The notes below the pieces were generated by a model. The model did not search any database and had not been told where the DNA came from. It saw only the letters and a list, made by a program, of their open reading frames with translations. From NCBI GenBank assembly GCA_023920165.1, contig CP089275.1, positions 4,092,001-4,156,000 of the forward strand: DNA of 64,000 bases, written 5' to 3'. The stretch comes from Curvularia clavata (Eukaryota). Shown one piece after another: positions 13,676-26,020 of the stretch. Position 1 is the stretch's first letter. The number at the start of each line of letters is the position of its first letter. Made by a program: the position numbers and the translations under genes.

Positions 13676-16300
13676 ATGTATTCTCGCGAACAGTTCATGA
13701 ACCCGGGCCCTGCACCGCGGCCGCCCACAGACCGCCCCCGCTTGGCCCTCACCCCTAACACCAGTAGCACACTTCCTGGCAACATGGCAGGCCTGAGCAT
13801 GCAATCGCCCGGCATGAACGGCTCCCAAATGTCCCTGGTACGCACCCAAACAGACAGAAGCGGCTCTTCGACGTCCACGGTCAAGGAGGGCATGGTCAAG
13901 GTCAAGGACGAGGGCTTGTTCAAGTCTCTCGTCTGGGCTGACCGATGGCTGGTCCTGCGCGAGTTTGAGCTCAACTTCTTCAAGAGCCCCAACGCCTCCA
14001 AGGCATCCAACACCATCCAACTGCGAGACATCTTGGGCGTCGAGCGATCCGACACGCAGCCCCTATCTTTTGAGATCACCCGCGCTCTCAACCCTAGCAA
14101 AGGCTCGTCTCCACCCCGCGACGGTCCAACTAAGATTGTGACATGCAAGGTCGAAACCGACGATGAAGTCTATTCGTGGATTGACAGCATCTACCAGCGG
14201 TGTCCCAGCATGGGTGGCGTCAGTAACCCAACCAACTTCACCCACAGAGTACACGTAGGCTTCGATCCCAACAGCGGTGCTTTCGTCGGCTTGCCCGTGG
14301 AATGGGAGAAGCTGTTGACCGCATCTGCTCTCACCAAGGACGACTATGCAAAGAACCCCAAGGCTGTGCTCGAGGTTTTGGAGTTTTATACCGAGAAGCT
14401 TGTCAAGCGATCCGAGGACCCCCAGCAGTACTCCAGCCTTACGCCTACACCACCAGGCAGTTCCGGAATGGAGAAGCAGCTGGGCTACTCAGGCGGCGGT
14501 AACACCGTCGCGCCTCCACGCCCTGCTCCCCCGGGCGGCTACCCGCGCAAGGACAGCTACAGCTCGAGTCGCCAGAACACCCCGCCGCAACAGGGTTACG
14601 GAAGTCAACAAAACTCCGCTTCACAGCAACAGCAGCAGGACCGCTACGAACAGGAGAGGAGACGACAGGACGAACAGGCAAGAATGCAACGCGAACGTGA
14701 GCGTCAGAGGCAGCAGGAGTACGACCGCGAGCGCGAGGAGCTTGCTGCGTACAATGCTTCGCTACCGCAGAAAAAGGTTCCATTGGCTCAACAAGAAATC
14801 GGCGGAGGCAGTTATGATTCACGCGATTCAAGCCCATCAGGCCAGCGCTACAATCCCAGCCGTCCTGCTCCATCAGCTCCAGGTGCGCCCAGGAGCCAGC
14901 AGCAGTCGCAGCAGCCTCCAGGCTCGTTGCGCCAGATGGCTGCTCAGCGCCCAGCACCTTCAGCACCTACGCAGCAGAACGGCAACTACAGCTCGTCTCC
15001 CTCCAAGATGGCCTCTTCTCAACAGCGCCCGCCCATCAACCCAAACAGCAGTTACAAGGGCTCCAGTGGGCAGGTACCTCGAGTCAACAATGGCCAACCA
15101 CAACAGCAAAAGCAATACCAGGGCTCATCTGCTGCTCCTAAGCCACTGAATGTTGCTAAGCCTGCCCCTGCTGTCAGTGATGCTGTCAAGAAGGCCGAGC
15201 AGGCCCTCACGGCCAAGCCCAAGGACGAGCCTCAGCGCAAAGAAGCTCGCATGTCCAGCATGTCCGAGAGCGAGGTCATGGCTAAACTTCGCGAGGTCGT
15301 TTCCAAGGAGAGGCCTCTGGATTCGTACAACAAGCAGAAGAAGATTGGTCAAGGTGCTAGTGGCTCCGTCTATGTTGCTCGGATTCGTGAAGGCGCGACT
15401 TCACCAATGGCCAGGCGAGTCATGCAAGAAAACGGTCCACGCGCCCAAGTGGCCATCAAGCAGATGGATCTCCGCAACCAGCCCCGTAAGGAACTCATCG
15501 TCAACGAGATCATTGTCATGAAGGATAGCAAGCACCCCAACATTGTCAACTTTCTGGATGCATTCTTGCAAGAAGACCAGTCTGAACTTTGGGTCGTCAT
15601 GGAGTTCATGGAGGGAGGTGCTTTGACTGACATCATTGACAACAACCCTTCCATTACTGAAGACCAGATTGCCACCATCTGCTTCGAGGTCAGTTTTACC
15701 CCTTTGCTCTTTATTATACACATGCTGACTCCTATCAGACTTGCAAGGGCCTTGAGTATCTGCACAACTTGAACATTATCCATCGAGATATCAAGAGTGA
15801 CAATGTCTTGCTCGACGGCCGTGGTAACGTCAAGATCAGTACGTATCAACGACATCGCTTTCCTAGTGTCTTACTAACCATCAACAGCCGATTTCGGTTT
15901 CAGTGCCAAGCTCACCGAGCAACGCAGCAAGCGTGCGACCATGGTCGGAACCCCTTACTGGATGGCACCCGAAGTCGTCAAGCAGAAAGAGTATGGTAAC
16001 AAGGTCGACATCTGGTCCTTGGGTATCATGGCCATCGAGATGATCGAGTCGGAACCACCGTACCTGAACGAAGAGCCGCTCAAGGCGCTATATCTCATCG
16101 CCACGAACGGTACCCCTCGTCTCAAGAAGCCGGATAAGCTTTCCAAGGAACTTAAGGCGTTCCTTTCGGTCTGTCTCTGTGTTGATGTCAAGTCTCGAGC
16201 CAGCGCCTCGGAGCTCATCAGCCATGAATTCCTCAAGAGCGGATGCAGCTTGGCCAGCCTGTCCCAGCTGCTTAACTTTAGGAAGAATGGAGGTCACTAA
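13676..16300 (+). CDS. CLA4: PAK-family Ser/Thr kinase Cla4 (PH + CRIB + kinase); introns about 15689-15738 and 15839-15887
   Basis: N-terminal PH domain (RWLVLR...SWIDSI), [39 protein letters not shown] across intron, [11 protein letters not shown]; the PH domain separates Cla4 from Ste20. Confidence 0.93.
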
Positions 16301-17453
16301 ACGACCTGTAACCGATCCTCGAATTAGGTTTGTCCAAGTGACAGCAGATGAGGAATAGTGGGCATTTTCATGAAGCGTTCTGGACTTGATCGATACCCTT
16401 TTCATGTTCATTTTCTCCCTATATCCAAGACGCGGTTAGCTCCTATTCCCCTTCTAGCTCTTGTCGGACCTACCATGGAACCCAAGCGCCATTCGAGCGA
16501 TTTGGCATGACCTATTGGAATCCTTGCCGGCCAAGCCAGAGAAGAATGACACTTGTCTCCTTTCCACAGTAATATACTTGGTCCGCTTACTTCGTTGATG
16601 CCGTTACACAAGCTGGTACATATTGCTTCACTGCCGAACCTCATGCGCGCTCACCGTAGCTGCTATACCCCAGGAGCCGGATACTGGGCGCTCACCATCG
16701 AGCTATGTCCCGTCCAGCAGCATTTCTGCCATGTTCCATCCGGTGACAAGAACCGTCTTCGACTTGGAGAACTTCTTACCATGTGCATCCTCTGCCCCCT
16801 CTACATACTCTTACATATTGTTTTCCTCGTTCCATACGTGCTTAAAGCGCAACGACATCATTGGCGTGACACGGCTTCGAAACGGCAGCTTATTGTGCGA
16901 TCTGGACATCGCGGCGGCGTGAATCATAAGGGGTTTTTTTAGTGTTTTTTGTTTATTTCCACCTTTACTCTCCCTCTCTCTTTGGAACCAGATGTGGATA
17001 CTGGGTAGATTACATGACATGCTCGCTAAAAGGTTAATTTATACAATTGAATGGTTTCGGTCTCAAGTCACGCATGTGTGTCGTGAGAGTGTGCAGTCTT
17101 GATGATGATTAGACTATATACTATGCTGTGCTTATACTATACTCTGTTAAGTCTGTAATTTCGTTCCGTTCCGTCGATGATGGGGTTCCATAGCCGTGGT
17201 GGTGAGATGGGGTATAACACATGTGCAATGATGGTGAAAAGGGAAGTCCGTACTACAGAAGATGTCAGAGGATGCGCCGATCCAGTGACGTAGTCGGAGG
17301 TCCTGAGTCGTAATCCGTAATCCGTAAGTCGTCAGTCGAAAAAAGCAAGAAACAAAACTTTTGAAGTCATCCGAGTTCGTGCCTGACCCTCAGCACTCAT
17401 ATCCCACTGCGGCTGTACCATATCCAGGTCAAGCCATGCAGCTACCGACAAAC

Positions 17454-19911
17454 CTAGACGTTGGGCACATAGTGGAATGCACCACTCGCGTGCCTGAACA
17501 CCATGCCACCACCTTCCTCGCGGCTGACCTTCTTCTCGAGAACCCAAATGCCCTCCTGCTCCGCGCTGTACCGTTCAATAGGCGGAGTGTCATCTCCTTC
17601 TTCCTCGACGACAACAGTACTTGCAGCGGTAGTGCTTGCAACGGCAATGCTCGAGCCGCCACAGTTCGTGGCACCACAAGCACAAGCACACTCAACCTTG
17701 TCCACATCGCTAGCTCTTTCTTTCTTATCCTCGGTGCTGGACTTTTGCTCTTGACTGTAAATACTGGCTGCATCCTCCTCGACAGCAACACTAACACTCT
17801 GCTTGCCCTTACCCTTGCTCTCGACACTAGCCCTCTCCTTACCCTTACCATGGCCCTCCTCATACTGACTATACCTAAACGGAATGTCCACACCTGAAGA
17901 CTCCCTCAACGAAGTATGCTCGGGGACCTGAGCAGCCAGCGGACTGGCAAGCACCTGTGAATCGCGCCGCGGCGGGGCGAAACCAGTAGGCAAGCCAAGA
18001 CGCGACTCGATAGTGTGCATGGGCTCCCTTTGTACTCGCGTTACAACGGTGCCGTCGTCGTTGAGTTGGCGGACGAGATGCATGCGTGAGGCCGGGTCTT
18101 GCATGAAGGAGACTGTGTCGTGGCCGAGGGACTGTGGGCGCAAAGGGCGCGATGGTGCGGTACTGACGGCGGTATGGGGACGAGCGGGAATGACGGTGGG
18201 GACGGAGAAGTTGGGATGGTTGAAGAGACTGGGAGAAGATGGAAGTGGCTGCGGACGCGAGATACCGAGCGTGCGGACTTGAGGTGCTGTCTTGCTGGCG
18301 GCGGCCGTGCTGGGACGCGTGAGAAGAGGTGTGCTGGGCGACTTGAGGGACGGTTTGATGGCCGCTTTGGTAACCGATTTAGTGAGCGGTTTGGTGACTT
18401 TCTTCTTGGCTGGCTTGGAGACGGCGACATCCTTGGTAGGGCCAAAGAGGGTACCCATATCGATGTCGACGGATATCTGAGGCGGAGGTGGTGGAGGTGG
18501 AGGCGATGGGACATGCTCCTTATTGAAGAAATGAGGGCCTGGGTCGGGGGAGGGAAGCGTTAGTAGAAGTATTGGTGTGGGGATGAGGGGATGGAGAAAA
18601 GGTGGAAGTGTCGAAGTGGACTGGTGGCTACGGGCAGAAACAGATGGAGGTGAGGGAAGACAGTGTTCAACTTACTCTTGCTCTTGAGATTGGCATATGA
18701 CTTCTTGAGTCTGGCCAGGCCTGTGAAACCGCCCTTGGTACGACTCGGCTCAGGTGTAGCAGACAGGAATTGAGGCGTCTCTTTACGGTTGTACTCATTG
18801 AGTAGGCCTACAGTACTGCCATGGACACTGTCGCGAACAGTATTATGGAACAGGCTGTAAGTACTGCCATTGCCATGGTTTTGGCTGGTATCGGGGAACA
18901 GGCTGTAAGTAGGGCTCTCGACACTCTTTGCCTCAACTTGAGATGGCGGAGTCGGAGGTCTCTCGCTGCCGTTGGACGAACCCAGAATATTGTCCTTGCG
19001 GCGAAGACGAGGCGAAAGGGGCGAAGGCACATCTGGATCGTTTCTTTCAATGGCTCGGGCCAAGGTACTACTGCCACTTGCACGGTTTTGGTGAAGCGTG
19101 AGTGAAGGTAGCTGTGGCAATGCGGTGATTTCGTCGTCACTGTCGTCGTATTCTGGCAGATGATCAAATTCGTCTGCTGGAGGATGTCCAGAGGTGTCGT
19201 TCTCGGATAGCTCGGGCGAGTTAGGTGGCGTGAAGCGAAAGCGTGGTTCTGGAAGTGATTTTTCTACCTTGTCGGCTTCGGTTCCAAACAACCAGTTGAC
19301 TTTGTCATTGTAAGTATCATTCGCCTGCACCCGCTTACCACAAACGGGTATAAATTTGGGCAAAAATATATGGATAAAGATATGTGGTTAAAGATATGCA
19401 GGGGAAGAAAGTCGAGGTAAAAGCAAGTCGGTAAAAGCACGTTGGTAAAGGTGTACGAGTCAAGGTACTTGGGTGAGGGTACAGGAGATTCTTACGCTTT
19501 TTACTTTTGGCGTGGACACTCGCTCTGAGAGTGGCATCAATGGCAGCGTCAACGGCAGGATCAATGTCGGTGAGGACAGGGTCGGTATCCATGTCGATGC
19601 CAGCGCTGAAGACGGGTTCTGAGTGTTCGGTGATCGCAGTTTTCTCATCCGAAGATGGGCTGTGGCGGAAGAACCGCGACGCTACACGTATATCAGTATG
19701 ACCTTACTAACTAAAGTAGTTGGTAACAGAGCGACGCAAGGAAAACCAGCGGTGGCTGGTATCCAAACGACGCAAGAGGAAAAGCAGTAGAAACACAACG
19801 CAAGAAGAGAATACGCCGTTGAGAAGTATTAGTGGCGGCTGGCATCCGCACGTCGAAGGGGGGGAGGAAGTGGGGGGAGTGTTTCTTACCCTTGCTGCGG
19901 AAGCTCTTCAT
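17454..19911 (-). CDS. Hypothetical Pro/Ser-rich, probably disordered protein (exons 19911-19890, 19681-19496, 19299-18676, 18538-17454)
   Basis: Three ORF-track segments plus a short first exon (MKSFRSK) join in frame through GTAAGA/GTAAGA/GTAAGT donors; the second acceptor (AAG at 19300) is the least certain. Confidence 0.6.
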
Positions 19912-21326
19912 CTTCGTTGTTTATTCGAAGATGAAGAGTTGCGATGTCGAGGTTGTGAGGGTGAGAGGTTGAGCGAGGTCTGTATACCTATGGGAGGGGG
20001 CCCAATTGCAAACGGCGACAGTGACCGCCAGTCCGCCGCGTAGACAGACGGCTTCACAGTGAGATACAATAAGAGCGGGGTCAAGGCGACTTCACCTTCA
20101 CTTTAGGGCTGGGCAAAGGTGAATAGGTAAAGGCGAGCGGCGATGATATCCAAACTGACTCCACACCACTCGGCCTGCCACGTGGGATAGAGTGAGCGAG
20201 CAAACGGCCTAGCCGTAACTCGGCAGCCTGGCGAGGAGATTGCGTTTGCAGCAAGGTGGAATATTGTCCACGAGGACGTTGGGTCATTGTTTCGGTGAGT
20301 CTTGGCTTTTCCCATGGATAGGATTGAAAGATATTGTCCAGTCAAAAGGTATGCTTTACCATTGAACAAATCTTAACTTTTCTGGTTTCGAGAATGAATA
20401 AGTGTCGTCCACTTACAGATTCTCTCACAACTGGTGAAACGGGAAAATGGCATCCCAGTAGAACCACCGCTTTTAAAGGTAGCTGTAGTTGTCATAACCA
20501 CTTACTGTTTACTGTGTTCTTAGCACTTACGACTCTACTTTCAAGAATAACGGTAGTTGTTACAGTTATCTTTTCGTGTCGACGATCCAGGTGAGCTCGC
20601 TCTAATTTTCCGGTTTTACTGTTTGTGGGAGAGTAAAATATTATACATGGGATTGTCGTCATGTCCCTAAGAGGTCATGACTTGTTCGAATATCAAGCAA
20701 GAACACTCGATAACATCACCTCACGATCACAGCAGACAGAAACAAATTAATGGACATGAAAACTCTGTGCCCCATAGAGGCCAGAGCCGAGCATCATGCC
20801 CTTATGTTTTTTCTTGATTTTTTACTTGAGAGATTTGTGGTTGTTTGTAGTGATGGAAAAAGTCGAGTCATGCCTGGGTCCAGAAAGGTGGACAGCAGAC
20901 CATTGTCAGAAGAAGCCTCACCTCCACAACAGCCAGTTGAGACAACTCCAGGGTGTGCCTAATGCACAAAAACATCAAAAAAGAATATGATGTTGCAGAA
21001 CGCCAATCATCCAGCTCTTAGAAGCCCGTTGTCCATGCACACCCTATTCCATGAAACCCATGACAAAGAAAAAAGTTCTTGTGTGCTGGACCCGAGCACC
21101 TAGGACAGACATACACCGAGCAATCCCATACTACGTCCACAAACAGGGGGGAATGGCCAGTCATTCAAAACGCCAGAAACTCCAGTAAATGAAAGTACAG
21201 TCATGGAACATGACAAGATGAAATCGCTAAAAAAACCCATATGGACAAAAAAGAAAGTGCGTGTGTGAGAAAAGACAGATAGGTCAAACGAAATATGTGC
21301 AAATATGGACAGGTAGAAAAGAAAGT

Positions 21327-22943
21327 CTACCTTACGGTCGACACGTCTCCAGCCGTGTTGAGATTAAGCAAACGCTTGAGATCCTGCTCCAAAGCTAAGG
21401 TATCAGAAGGGGTAGATGTCTTCATTGGAGGGGCAGCTGGGGCAGCTGGAGCTACAGCGGGTGCGGAGGTCTTGCGTTGCTTGGCAGCGACTGAAGCAGG
21501 GACAAATGACATCATAGTTGTAGAAGGTTTAGGCGCAGGCGCGGGAGATCCATTCGTGGCAGCTTTGTCAAACTTGGGTCTAGGTCCGGATCCAGATCCA
21601 GTCCGCTGGCCCCTTGTTTGATAGTTGTCAGGACGGCGCTGGTGCTGCTGTCTGCCGGGCGTTCGCCTCTGATTACCTGGACTTTGCTGGTAGGCTGGTG
21701 GATGAGGCGCATTCGATGCGGGCCCATTGCCCCGTCCTGATTGATGCTGGGGGAAGGCGTTCGGTCCCATCATATGCGGTTGAGGAATAGGGGTGAACCC
21801 CTGAAATCCGCCTTGCTGTAGCATGGGGGAATCAGCACTGATTTCGGTTCGAAGGCCAGAGTTGCGCTTGACCGAGTCGCCCTGTGCGGCCTTGAATAGT
21901 GGAGAGAGGTTCTTGTTGCCGTAATAGAAGTCAGAAGGATCCTGGTTCGCGGGCTGCCCTTGGGGGGTAGAGGGTCCAGGCGTAGCTCGGACAGGAGTTT
22001 GACCATCATGGAAGGGTGAAGGCGATAAGTGTGCTTGAGGTCCGGGTGGGCCCTGAGCACCAGTCCTTGGGGGTGTCGCAGCAGTTGGCTTCTTCTGTGA
22101 CATTGACAACCGGTTAAACAAGTCCTGCATGACATCATTCCCATTGCCCTGCTGCTGAACATCTCTGAGCTGGGCAACACCATTAGGATCCGTGACGGAG
22201 CGCTGAGCGGCAGGCGGAGGGGACATGTGCGCATGCTTGCTCTCTCCATCGAGCTCTATAGGGAAAATGCCATTCAGCGAATGGTAAGAATCATGCTTGA
22301 AATGGTGAGATCGCGTGGTGCTTGCTGAAACAAAAGGGTTATGTGGGGGAGCTCCTCTATGCTGGTTGCTGGCTCTCTCTGCTGCATCGGCCTTGAAAAG
22401 AAGATCTAAGGGAGACTGTTCATGACATGGAGGCGCTGCCACGGGGGCGCGAGAAGGGGAAGCTGAAGGACTAAGAGAGCCTGAATCGGAACTGTCTTCA
22501 GGCGGAGGGGTTGGTGGACCAACACGGGCCTTGGCTGGCACAGAACGAGAAAGAAACTTGGGAATGGGTAAAGCAGAAGGCGCTGGGGACGCATGAAAGG
22601 TAGGGCCGGCATAAGCAGCCTGAATCTTAATGGGGGTTGCAGACGGGTTAGGTTCTGACTCAGAGGGAGAAGAGACGCGGTCAGAAGGCTTGGGCTGCGT
22701 GTGCTTCTTTGCGCTGCGTGGATTGGTAGGTATGTGGCCCTCTTCGGAAGGAAAGGTGACGCTTTCAGCGAGGGTTCCGTCTACGGGCATCTTACTCGGA
22801 GATCCAGCCAGGCCATTGCGCGCGCGGTTGTTCCGCGGTTTCCGTTGCGACTGCCTTCCAGTGTTGTTTTGGAGTGGTTGGGCTGGGCTCTGGGGCTTGC
22901 CCCGAGGGGCGCGTGGTGAGGCGGTAACCTGGGTTGTCGACAT
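21327..22943 (-). CDS. PNRC-motif, Edc1-like mRNA decapping activator (low complexity)
   Basis: YAGPTFHASPAPSALPIPKF matches the YAG-x-x-F and LPxP motifs of PNRC/Edc1 proteins; C-terminal LEQDLKRLLNL helix. Confidence 0.8.
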   Translation of the reverse strand: MSTTQVTASPRAPRGKPQSPAQPLQNNTGRQSQRKPRNNRARNGLAGSPSKMPVDGTLAESVTFPSEEGHIPTNPRSAKKHTQPKPSDRVSSPSESEPNPSATPIKIQAAYAGPTFHASPAPSALPIPKFLSRSVPAKARVGPPTPPPEDSSDSGSLSPSASPSRAPVAAPPCHEQSPLDLLFKADAAERASNQHRGAPPHNPFVSASTTRSHHFKHDSYHSLNGIFPIELDGESKHAHMSPPPAAQRSVTDPNGVAQLRDVQQQGNGNDVMQDLFNRLSMSQKKPTAATPPRTGAQGPPGPQAHLSPSPFHDGQTPVRATPGPSTPQGQPANQDPSDFYYGNKNLSPLFKAAQGDSVKRNSGLRTEISADSPMLQQGGFQGFTPIPQPHMMGPNAFPQHQSGRGNGPASNAPHPPAYQQSPGNQRRTPGRQQHQRRPDNYQTRGQRTGSGSGPRPKFDKAATNGSPAPAPKPSTTMMSFVPASVAAKQRKTSAPAVAPAAPAAPPMKTSTPSDTLALEQDLKRLLNLNTAGDVSTVR

Positions 22944-23737
22944 TGAAGGCGCAGTATGTGATAGTTCTGAGTGCGATTGGGGCTATCTAGAGGGTCGGAG
23001 ACGGACGCTCTTTGTTCGAGAAGTGGAGGTGGGCTGAATGGAGCGTGATGACGCGATCTGTGGCTGAGAGTGTTTCTGTGTCTGATTCGATGGTGATGTA
23101 TAAAGGTCGAGTGGTAGAGTGATCATATCCAGATTCGCGGGGTAGAGATAGGCATGCGCCGTCAGTTGAGGTAGGGTGATATGTGGGTGAAGGTGTGGTG
23201 AAGAGTGTCGGGCGCATTCATCGGTGCCAGCGCGGAGGTGGCTGAGGTCAAACAAGGCTGATCTCGGCAAGGCGCACAGACGTTTGAGCGGCGGCGGCGG
23301 CTGCTGCGTAAGGCTGAAGCACTGGGTATGGAATGGAAGCGGGCGCCGGCTTGGGGAACTGATGAGAATGGCGAGGATTTAATGCCGTCTTTTTTTTTGG
23401 TGACGATAATGCCAACTATGGGTGTGCAGTGCTTGCTGCCTTGGACTGCTCTTCACCCATGGTAAGGTGACGCGAATGGGTCCTGGTCTTGGCATTCTTC
23501 TGCTGGCAGCTGGCAGCTGGAGCCTGGCGCCTGCATGCTGCGCTTCAGCTTCCAAACCATTTGGGAGTACTAGACCAACACTTTGCCACCCCGAACAACT
23601 TGCTCGAGCTGCAAAACGTTGCTGCACACCGACAATACACGTGCAACCCGTCCGATACCGCTCCTCGCCCGCTCTGCAAGCTTCAGCTTTACCAATTTCC
23701 CCGCCCCCACCCACCGCGCCGCTCATCGTATACAACC

Positions 23738-24189
<452 letters not shown>

Positions 24190-24420
24190 AAGGTCGCAGC
24201 AGCGGTAAAGGAATAGGTTCAACAATGACGCATTTGGGTTATGGTTCCCTTTGGACATGTGGCGTTAGTATGGTCTTGACAAAAAAAAGGTGCTATGAAA
24301 ACACAAGATAGTAGCAAATGTGGTCAAGAAGGGCCAAATAAGATTCGCATTACAATCAGCGGTTGCGGCTCTAGTCAAGTGTGATACATGTCTCTTTTAT
24401 ACCTGTGTCTAGGAACTGGA

Positions 24421-24840
24421 CTATCCGACCTTCTCCCCGTCGACGTCGACATTGATATTGTACTGTGTGGAGTTGTGTTTTGGTAACCAGCCTTCGGGGT
24501 TCTTGTTGTAGAAGGGCCACGGGGGTACGACGACGAGGAAGGTGAGGGCGGTGCCAGCGAGGCCGACGTAGAGGGTGAGGCGGATATCTTGGGTCATGAA
24601 GCCGATGAGGAAGGCGATAATCTGTGGCCGTCAGCCGCACGAAGCGTTGGAAAGGGAGGACAGGGGGAAATACGCCAGCGGCACCAAGAAGCACTGTACT
24701 CAGCATGTCGGCAAGCCTCTGGCCTTCAAAGTCCTGGCATTCTGATCAGCGCAGTTTGGGTGTGGAGGGAGGTCTAGACGCGGGCGTACAATCTGGCCCT
24801 CGACGGCATCGCGCACTTGCTCGAGGAGTTGGTCGGCCAT
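24421..24840 (-). CDS. SPC1: Signal peptidase complex subunit SPC12/SPCS1 (3 exons)
   Basis: Spliced MADQLLEQVRDAVEGQI|DFEGQRLADML...|IIAFLIGF...LVVVPPWPFYNKNP; IDFEGQ and VPPWPFYN are SPC12 motifs. Confidence 0.92.
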
Positions 24841-26020
24841 GTCGAATGCAGGGGCTTGGGCTGAGGGATCCCAGGCCGTCGAAAGCTATCTGTCGATGTC
24901 TAGTATTGGGTGGTAGTCTCGAGGTGGTGGAGGGCCAGGCACGCGGAAGGCTAGCCGTGTTTGAAAAGGTGGCATGTTTGCGATCCAGAGCCCCATCGGA
25001 ACCAGGCCGGGGGCCCAGGGCACCATCCGCGGCCGCGCCAACCCTGTAGACGGTCCATTCGAGCCCAACTCGACTCGAGTCAAGTCGAGTCAACAAGCAA
25101 TATGCCTTGGCTGCGGTGCGCAACGCGGCTTGGGGCAAGCCGTGGCTGCATGCGCACCACGCGGGTTGCTCGGTGGCTCCCATGTGTTGATGTGTATGCA
25201 ATCGCATGCAGCTTAGCGGCAGGGCTTGGGGCTCTTGGACGGCTTCAGCCCAATCAGCAGCCAGCAACCGCGGCTCCAGTGCGAAGAAAAAGACCTCGTC
25301 CTAGCCCTCCAGCCACAGTACAAAAGACCCGCACCCCCCCCCCCGTCACCCAAATATTTTCATCGCCTACGCTGGTCTCGCACCACCGACATATCGCCCA
25401 CAGACCCCTCTTCCCACGACACAATTCACCGCCTGTTTCCTCCAGTTCAGGAGCTGCGCCAGTGCTCGTTGATACTTCCTCCTCGCAACCCCTCGTGGAC
25501 CGCCCATCCACCGCCGCGACTGACTGACCTAGCTTTCTTTGTTTTTCCCACCATCCCCTTTCACTCCCATCTCTGACGCTACGGCGTCCATATACCTCTA
25601 AACCACCAAGTTGGCGGGACTCTACCTCGACCGGCTCTCCTTCATCCGCCCCTTACTCGGCACAAAAGCCTGGGTATTCGGAGGCGACCACAAGCCCCCA
25701 TAACTGGCCCTAACACGGACACCAACACAACAACACTCGCTACTGCTTTCGCCTCGTCCATCAAGCCTTCCTCTTCCCAGAGAGGGTGTGGAAGTCCTGG
25801 TTACCGGATACTGTTTTCCGCTGGCTTAGTGTAGGGGAACACCCTACGCGAAGCCATCGTCAAGTTGAGCGCGCCTTAGAGGTGGGCGCTCGCAAGCGAC
25901 CTACCCGCTCCCGTGCTTCTTGCGCCGCAAGAAGTCGCTGAATACACAAACAACCCTGGCTTAATCAAAGCATCCCGCGTCAGATCCGGAGGCCCACTCA
26001 TCACCGCCTGAGTCGCCAAT

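Noticed and set aside
16553..16942. Overlapping 99-129 aa ORFs downstream of CLA4
   Set aside because: Non-ATG starts, no motifs; probably 3' UTR
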